A stretch of DNA of 64,000 nt from the human T2T-CHM13v2.0 reference genome, Homo sapiens. Below the pieces are notes generated by a model. The model saw only the letters and a list, made by a program, of their open reading frames with translations, did no database searches and was not told the origin of the DNA. The position numbers were made by a program, and so were the translations under genes. Positions 54,845 through 64,000 of the stretch are shown here, in pieces (within the stretch, counting starts at the first letter, position 1; each line of letters starts with the position of its first letter). The stretch lies in assembly GCF_009914755.1 (NCBI RefSeq), contig NC_060930.1; one strand, 5' to 3'.

Positions 54845-56076
54845 TGAGAAGTGACAGCCTGCTGGCAGCCCTCACTCTTGGCGCCTCCTCGGCCTCGGCG
54901 CCCACTCTGGCCACGCTTGAGGAGCTCCTTCAGCTTGCCACTGCACTATGGGGCCCCCCCTCTGGGCTGGCCAAGGCCAGAGTTAGCTCCCTCTGCTTGC
55001 AAGGAGGTGTGGAGGGAGAGGCGCCGCGGGGAACTGGGGCTGTGCGCGGCGCTCGGGGGCCAGCGCGAGTTCCGGGTGGGCGTGGGCTCGGCGGGCTCCG
55101 CACTCGGAGCGGTCGCCCCACGCCACAGGCCCTGGGCAGTAAGAGGCTTAGCAGCTGCGGAAGGTGTGCCAGGTCCCCAAGCAGTGCCGGTCCACCGGGG
55201 CTGCGCTTGAATTCTCCCCGGGCCTCAGCTGCCTACCGGCGGGGCAGACCTCCAGACCTGCAGCCTGCCATGCCCCAGCCTACCCCCGCCGCCACCACCG
55301 CCGGCTCCTGCGCGGCCCGAGCCTCCCCGACAAGCGCCGCCCCCTGCTGCGCGGCGCCTGGTCCCGTGGACCGCCCAAGGGCTGAGAAGTGCCGGCGCAC
55401 TGCGGGAGACTGGCAAGCAAGTCCACCTGTAGCTCCAGTATGAGATCCACTTGGTGAAGCCAGTTGAGGTCCTGAGTTTAGTGGAGACTTGGAAATGGAA
55501 AACCTTTATGTCTAGCTAAGGGATTGCAAATACACCAATCAGCACTCTGTGTCTAGCTCAGGGTTTGTAAATGCACCAATCAGCACTCTGTATCTAGCTC
55601 AAGGTTTGTAAATGCACCAATCAGTGCGCTGTGGGGACTTGGAGAACGTTTGTGTCTAGCTCAGGGATTGTAAACACACCAATCAGCACCCTGTCAAAAT
55701 GGACCAATCAACTATCTGTAAAACAGACCAATCAGTTCTCTGTAAAATGGACCAATCAGCAGGATGCGGGTGGGGCCAGATAAAGGAATAAAAGCAGGCT
55801 GCCGGAGTCAGCAGTGGTAATCTGGTTGGGTTGCTTTCTGTGTTATGAGGGCTTTGTGTTTTTTTGTTCTTTACGTTAAAACTTGTTGCTGCTCCCTTTG
55901 TGAGTTACATCATTGAATGCAAAGGTTTGTCGTTTCATTGTTGAGTCAGCAAGGCCGTGAACCTACCAGAAGGGTAAAACTGTAAATATGTCATCTTTAG
56001 TAGTAGTTTAATAGTCATCATCCGCAGCTTCATTTTTCAAGTCAGTGAGATCAAGAAACAACAAATTAGGGACACA
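54845..56076 (+). mobile_element. LTR12 (ERV9) solo LTR inserted in a minus-strand Alu
   Basis: Starts TGAGAAGTGACAGC, ends GGACACA; CpG-rich U3, seven CCAAT (NF-Y) repeats 55535-55756, AATAAA box 55787; 4-bp TSD CCAG/TCAG; host Alu halves at 54739-54844 and 56077-56284. Confidence 0.95.
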
Positions 56077-57113
56077 TCAGGTTCTAAGTGATTCTCTTGC
56101 CTTAGCCTTCCGAGTAGCTAAGACTTACAGGCGTGCACGCCACCACATTGAGCTAGTTTTTTGTATTTTTAGTAGAGTTTTCACCATGTTAGCCAGGCTG
56201 ATCTTGATCTCTTGAACTTGTAATCTGCCCATTCTCAGCCTCCCAAAGTGCTGGTATTACAGACATGAGTCACAGTGCCTGGCTGACGAAATTTTTTTGG
56301 GAGAGGGAAAGCAAATAGAAAAGAGAACCTCATTTAGCAGGGCAGAGAACATTACAGACTAAAGACCAGGAGAAGGTATTTGAGATGTAAAGAGAACCTC
56401 GAGGTTCTTGGTACAATGGGAAGCTGGAGAGAGGCCCATGGCTGAAAACAAGGAGATGGGTTCGGAGTCTGGGTACACACCTACTGATTCCCAGTTCTTC
56501 TCTCCTACCTTAGGCAGCCAGGGTGGGAGAGGAGAACTGGGGATTAGTAGGTATGTACCTCTCTCCTCATCTTCATAGGAGTCCAGAGGTTTATTTTCCA
56601 GAGCATTGAACCCGTGGGGTCTGGTTCAGAGTATCTGCTTAGTACAGTGAATAAATGTACAAAAATAAGTGAACACCTTCTAATTGAACGTGGAATGGGA
56701 TCTGCACACCTAGAACACTGCAACTTCCCACACCTACTTCCCCTCCCTCATGCACTGCCTGTTAGTCACTTAGTAGCTGTCTCTCTCAGATTGGCTGACA
56801 TACTGTGTATATAGGATTTAATACTATTTGTGGTTTCAGGCATCCTCTGGGGGGCTTGGAACATATCTCCCACGGATAAAGGGAGACTTCTGTACAATAC
56901 AAGAGCTTAAGAATGCTTTTCACGCCAATGACTCCTCTTACCATTGACCATATTTTAGTTCTTTGTTTTCACACTATCACGTTTTGTTTTGTTATTTTGT
57001 TGATGCTTGTTTTGATTTACCCACATATTGATACCCACATATTGACCAATTCCTTTGCTCACTACTCTTTCTTGATTCTTCTTCCTTCCTTCTGGATTTC
57101 TTTCTTTTCCTTC

Positions 57114-57176
57114 CAGACATTAAACTGATCAGAACAGATACTACACTTGATCCTAGCCAAAAGGCCAAGAAGTGAT
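57114..57176 (-). pseudogene. U2 snRNA pseudogene, 3'-truncated (first ~63 nt)
   Basis: Minus strand reads ATCACTTCTTGGCCTTTTGGCTAGGATCAAGTGTAGTATCTGTTCTGATCAGTTTAATGTCTG, the U2 5' end including the GTAGTA branch-pairing sequence; no snRNA promoter, embedded in old L1. Confidence 0.93.
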
Positions 57177-57552
57177 TAATTTCCTCCTTCTTAAAGTGCT
57201 TCATTAAATAGTTCTTTCATTTATTTATTTGTATTTATTTATTTTTTAGAGAGTCTCACCTTATTGCCCAGGCTGGAGTGTGATGGCACAATCACAGCTC
57301 GCTGCAGCCTCAAACTCCTGGCCTCAAGTGATCCTCCAAGCTCAGCTTCCCAAAGTGCTGGGATTACAAGCATAAGCCACTGCACCTGGTCCCTTAAATA
57401 GTTATTTTAATAGGATCACCTATAAATGATAAATTCCTTCAGTCTTTGCCTAAACTATTATTTGACCTTTTCATGAATTGTCGACTAGTAGAAACTGAAG
57501 TATAGGTTGGCATTTTCTCTCAGAATTTTGAAGCTGTTCCTTTATCTTTTGA

Positions 57553-57897
<345 letters not shown>

Positions 57898-59099
57898 TGA
57901 GCCACTGTGTCTGGCCTCATTTCTTTATTAATTTTTTATTTTTATTTTTTTTGAGACGGAGTCTCACTCTGTCACCCAGGCTGGAGTGCAGTGGCGCAAT
58001 CTCAGCTCACTGCAAGATCCACCTCCCATGTTCACACCGTTCTCCTGCCTCAGCCTCTCCAAGTAGCTGGGACGACAGGCGCCTGCCACGCCGGGCTAAT
58101 TTTTTGTATTTTTAGTAGAGACAGGGTTTCACCGTGGTCTTGATCACCTGACCTCGTGATCTGCCCGCCTTGGCCTCCCAAAGTGCTGGGATTACAAGTG
58201 TGAGCCACCGTGCCTGGCCTATTTATTATTAATAATAATAATAATAATTATTATTATTATTTTGAGACGGAGTCTTGCTCTGTTGCCCAGGCTGGAGTGC
58301 AGTGTCACGATCTCTGCTCACTACAAGCTCCGCCTCCTGGATTCACGCTATTCTCCTGCCTCAGCCTCCCGAGTAGCTTGGACTACAGGCACCCGCCACC
58401 ATGGCCGGCTAATTTTTTGTACTTTTAGTAGAGACGGGGTTTCACCATGTTAGCCAGGATGGTCTCGATCTCCTGACCTTGTGATCTGCCCGCCTCGGCC
58501 TCCCAAAGTGCTGGGATTACAGGCGTGAGCCACCACGCCCAGCCCTTATTATTATTATTTTTTAGTACAGATGGGTTTTCACCATTTTGGCCAGGCTGGT
58601 CTCGAACTCCTGACCTCAACTGGTCTGCCCACCTCACCCTCCCAAAGTGCTGGGATTACATAGGCATTTAGCCACCATGCCTAGCAATTGTCATTAATTT
58701 GTAACTAATATCTATTTTATCTGAATGCTTTTAAGATATTTTATTTATCTTTGGTGTTCTGCAGTTTCATGTAACATGTCTAATTATAGACTTTTGAATG
58801 TATGTGTCAAGAGACTTATTGTACCTCCTGAATCTGAGAACTCATGTCCTTCATCAGTTCTGAAAAATGTTCAGCAATTGAATCTTCTCCCTTTGCCTTC
58901 CCCATTCTTGCATGCTTGTTTTCCTTTGATACTCATATTGATTTATAATTGGTCTTCTCATTCTGTCCTTCATCTCTGTTGCTCTTCCATATTTATCTCT
59001 TTTCTTCATCTCTCTGTGCAATACTTTTTAAAAAAATCTCTTCCACCTTTACCCGTCTTTCTTCCTCAATGTCTTCTCTGCTGTTAACACATTTATTGA

Positions 59100-59387
<288 letters not shown>

Positions 59388-59726
59388 TGAGTTTTTAATT
59401 TGCATAAATGTAGCTTTCATTTCTTCAGATTCTTGGGTCTTTTCCCAATATTCCTCTTCTTTTTTATATTATTTTATTTCCTTTTCAAGTCTTTTAAAAT
59501 GTCTAATTATTTAAAAGATAGTTATTTGATAGTGCCTATCTAAGAGTTGTGTATCTTAAATCTTAGTAATCTAATTTTGCTGTTTTTGTCTTTGCTGATT
59601 CTTCTGTTTACTTTGTTGATTTGTAATTTTTTAAATCATGAACTCATTTTCAGCAGGGCTTTCTCTGTGAATGTTCTTGCTTTTCTAGTTCCTTGAGATG
59701 CATCATTAGATTATTTTATTTTTTGA

Positions 59727-60017
<291 letters not shown>

Positions 60018-60575
60018 TGACCAGAAACATGTTACTTAACTTCCTTGTATTTGTACAATTTCAAAAGTTCATTATTGATTTCTAGCTTTATTCCATTATT
60101 GGCAGAAAAGGTATTTGATATGATTTCAATTCTTTTAAGTTTGTAGAGACTTGTGGCCTAACGTGGTCTGTGCTGGAATATGTTCCATGTGCTGATGAAA
60201 ATATTGCACACTTACTAAGAACTAGGTAAAAGACAAAAATAATGTGTATTCTGCAGCTCTTAGAGGAAATGTTGTGTAAATAGCTGTTAGGTCCATTTGG
60301 TTAGAAGTCCAGTTTTTCTTTTTTTTTTTTTTTTGTATTTTTAGTAGAGACAGGGTTTCACCGTGTTAGCCAGGATGGTCTCGATCTCCTGACCTCGTGA
60401 TCCTCCTGCCTCAGCCTCCCAAGGTGCTGGGATTACAGGCGTGAGCCACCATGCCTGGCCCAGTTTTTCTTTTTTTATTTTCTGTCTAGATGATGTGTCC
60501 AATGCCGAGAGTGGGACATTGAGATCCCCAACTACTTGTATTGGAGTCAGCCTACTTCTCTTTTTTTTTTTTTGA

Positions 60576-60734
<159 letters not shown>

Positions 60735-60930
60735 TAGTAGAGACGGGGTTTCTCCATGTTGGTCAGGCTGGTCTCGAACTCTCAACCTCAGGTGATACGC
60801 CCGACTTGGCCTCACAAAGTGCTGGGATTACAAGCATGAGCCACCGCACCCAGCCGCCTATCTCTCTTTAGCTCTAGTACTTGGTTTATGTATCTTCATA
60901 CTCCAGTGTTGGGTGCATATGTATTTATAA

Positions 60931-62801
60931 TTTTTTTTTTTAATTGATCATTCTTGGGTGTTTCTCACAGAGGGGGATTTGGCAGGGTCATAGGACAATA
61001 GTGGAGGGAGGGTCAGCAGATAAACAAGTGAACAAAGGTCTCTGGTTTTCCTATGCAGAGGACCCTGTGGCCTTCCACAGTGTTTGTGTCCCTGGGTACT
61101 TGAGATTAGGGAGTGGTGATGACTGTTAACGAGCATGCTGCCTTCAAGCATCTGTTTAACAAAGCACATCTTGCACCACCCTTAATCCATTTAACCCTGA
61201 GTGGACACAGCACATGTTTCAGAGAGCACAGGGTTGGGGGTAGGGTCACCGATCAACAGGATCACGAGGCAGAAGAATTTTTCTTAGTACAGAACAAAAT
61301 GAAAAGTCTCCCGTGTCTACCTCTTTCTACACAGACATGGCAACCATCCGATTTCTCAATCCTTTCCCCGTCTTTCCCCCCTTTCTATTCCACAAAACCG
61401 CCATTGTCATCATGGCCCGTTCTCAATGAGCTGTTGGGTACACCTCCCAGACGGGGTGGTGGCTGGGCAGAGGGGCTCATCACTTCCCAGTAGGGGCAGC
61501 CGGGCAGAGGCGCCCCTCACCTCCGGACCGGGCGGCTCGCCGGGCGGGGGGCTGACCCCCCCACCTTCCTCCCGGATGGGGCGGCTGGCCGGGCAGAGGG
61601 GCTCCTCACTTCCCAGTAGGGGCGGCCGGGCAGAGGCGCCCCTCACCTCCCGGACGGGGCGGCTGGCCGGGCGGGGGGCTGACCCCCCCCACCTCCCTCC
61701 CGGACGGGGCGGCTGGCCGGGCAGAGGGGATCCTCACTTCCCAGTAGGGGCGGCCGGGGCGGCTGGGTGGGGGGCTGACCCCCCCACCTCCCTCCCGGAT
61801 GGTGCGGCTGGCCGGGCGGGGGGCTGACCCCCCCACCTCCCTCCTGGACGGGGTGGCTGGCCTGGCGGGGGCTGACCCCCACCTCCCTCCCGGATGGGGT
61901 GGCTGCCTGGCAGAGACGCTCCTCACTTCCCAGATGGGGTGGCTGCCGGGTGGAGGGGCTCCTCACTTCTCATATGGGGCGGTTGCCAGGCGGAGGGTCT
62001 CCTGACTTCTCAGACGGGGTGGCTGGGCAGAGACGCTCCTCACCTCCCAGACGGGGTCGCGGCCGGGTAGAGGCGCTCCTCACATCCCAGACGGGGTGGC
62101 GGGGCAGAGGCGCTCCCCACATCTTAGATGATGGGCAGCCGGGCAGAGACGCTCCTCACTTCCTAGATGGGATGGCGGCCAGGAAGAGGCGCTCCTCACT
62201 TCCTAGATGGGATGGCGGCCGGGCAGAGACGCTCCTCACTTTCCAGACTGGGTAGCCAGGCAGAGGGGCTCCTCACGTCCCAGACGATGGGCGGCCAGGC
62301 AGAGACGCTCCTCACTTCCCAGACGGGGTGGCGGCCGGGCAGAGGCTGCAATCTTGGCACTTTGGGAGGCCAAGGCAGGCGGCTGGGAGGTGGAGGTTGT
62401 AGCGAGCCGAGATCACGTCACTGCACTCCAGCCTGGGCACCATTGAGCACTTAGTGAACCAGACTCCGTCTGCAAACCCGGCACCTCGGGAGGCCGAGGC
62501 TGGCGGATCACTCGCAGTTCGGAGCTGGAGACCAGCCCAGCCAACACAGCGAAACCCCGTCTCCACCAAAAAAATACGAAAACCAGTCAGGCGTGGTGGC
62601 GCACGCCTGCAATCGCAGGCACTCGGCAGGCTGAGGCAGGAGAATCAGGCAGGGAGGCTGCAGTGAGCCGAGATGGCAGCAGTACAGTCCAGCTTCGGCT
62701 CGGCGTCAGTGGGAGACCGTGGAAAGAGAGGGAGAGGGAGACCGTGGGGAGAGGGAGAGCGGGGAGAGGGAGAGGGGAGAGGGGAGAGGGAGAGCTAAAG
62801 C
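60931..62801 (-). mobile_element. SVA retrotransposon, full length (C/D-like)
   Basis: Poly(A) (T-run 60931), SINE-R ~60943-61420, GC-rich VNTR ~61430-62340, Alu-like ~62340-62720, (CCCTCT)n hexamers ~62725-62794; TSD ATGTATTTATAATT at 60919 and 62802; inserted in an L1. Confidence 0.97.
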
Positions 62802-63713
62802 ATGTATTTATAATTGTTATATCCTCTTGCTAAATTGATCCTTTTATCATTATATAATCACTTTCTTTGTCTTTTTTTATCGTTTTTGAATTAAAGTCTG
62901 TTTTATTTCATGTAAGTACAGCTACTCCCAGTCACTTTTTGTTTTTGTTTGCATGGAATATCTTTTTAATTATTTATTTTGTGAGATGGGGTCTCGCTCT
63001 GTCACCCAGGCTGGAGTGCTGTGGTGTGATCATGACTTACTGCATCTCTGAACTTCTGGGCTTAAATGATCCTCCTGCCTCAGCCTCCCAAGTAACTGGG
63101 ACTACAGGTGTGCACCATCATGTCCAGTTAATGTTTAAATTTTTCGTTGAGACAGGGTCTTGCTCTATTGCCCAGGCTGGTCTCAAACTCCTGGGCTCAG
63201 GTGATCCTCCCACTTCAGCCTCCCAAAGTGCTGGGATTATAGGCATGAGCCAACGTGCCAAGAATGCATGAAATATCCTTTCCACCCATTCACTTTCTGT
63301 TTAATATGTGTTTTTACAGTGAAGTGAGCTTCTTACAGGCAGCATGTAATTGGGTCATGGGTTTTTTTGTTTTTTGACAGAGTCTTGCTCTGTCTCCCAG
63401 TGGTGCCATCTTGGCTCACTGCAACCTTCACCTCCCAGGTTCAAGCTATTCTCCTGCCTCAGCCTCCTGAGTAGCTGGGACTACAGGCACCTACCACCAC
63501 ACTCGGCTAATTTTTTTGTATTTTTGGTAGAGACAGGGTTTTACCATGTTGGCTAGGCTGGTCTCAGACTCCTGACCTCAAGTGGTCCACCTGCCTTGGC
63601 CTCCCAAAATGCTAGGATTACAGGTGAGAGCCACCGCTCCCAGCTTGGGTCATGGGTTTTAAAAATCTATTCAGTCAGTTCGTATCTTTTCGAAACATTC
63701 ACATGTATTTTTT

Positions 63714-63810
63714 AAGGCTAGTCAAGTGAAACAGTGGGAGTGGAGAAGGAACAAAGAAATCTGTAACTGGTTATGTTCAGTAAGTTGTAAACACCTCTGC
63801 ACTCAGACCC
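63714..63810 (-). pseudogene. Y3 RNA (RNY3-derived) retropseudogene
   Basis: Reverse complement matches hY3 (GTGCAG..GGTGTTTACAAC…CCAGTTACAGATTTCTTTGTTCCTTCTCCACTCCCACTG…CTTGACTAGCCTT); short A tail; TATCTTTT repeated at 63683 and 63819 as probable TSD. Confidence 0.93.
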
Positions 63811-64000
63811 TCAGGCTTTATCTTTTAAGAAGGAGTTCAATCCATTTACATTCAAGGATTCAAGGTTATTATTGATAGGTTAGGACTTACTTCTGTCATT
63901 TTGTTAATTGTTTTCTGATTGTTTTCGTATATCCATTGTTCCTTTCTTCCTTTCTTATTGTGTATCATTGTGATTTGGTTGTTCTCTGTAGTAATAAGGT

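Noticed and set aside
61113-62666. Many overlapping Gly/Pro/Arg-rich ORFs and tandem repeats that could be mistaken for a CRISPR-like array
   Set aside because: SVA VNTR and SINE-R; no unique spacers, eukaryotic context.

Overview
Hominid (human-like; an SVA is present) genomic DNA, very Alu-dense, containing the 5' part of NUP153 on the minus strand: CpG-island promoter/exon 1 at ~32.2-33.4 kb and coding exons 1-5 (32638-32528, 14818-14596, 1970-1722, 1568-1429, 1232-1104; 852 nt, 284 codons in one frame, all GT-AG). Most ORFs in the supplied track are Alu/L1/SVA/LTR artefacts. Other elements: old L1s, a near-complete Tigger1, Tigger3 pieces, MST and ERV1 solo LTRs, an LTR12 inserted in an Alu, a full-length SVA, and retro-copies of 5S rRNA, U2 snRNA and Y3 RNA. 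The most interesting unexplained signal is a chain of ~15 exon-shaped units with good minus-strand splice sites in the unique-sequence islands upstream of NUP153 (~35.6-54 kb), several interrupted by TSD-flanked Alus and carrying scattered stops: a candidate decayed multi-exon gene (unitary pseudogene) whose family I cannot identify. Second, the LTR12 shows strand-biased C>T decay downstream of its start site and is followed by a 40-bp RNA hairpin. All novel claims are by-eye inferences needing alignment/search tests.
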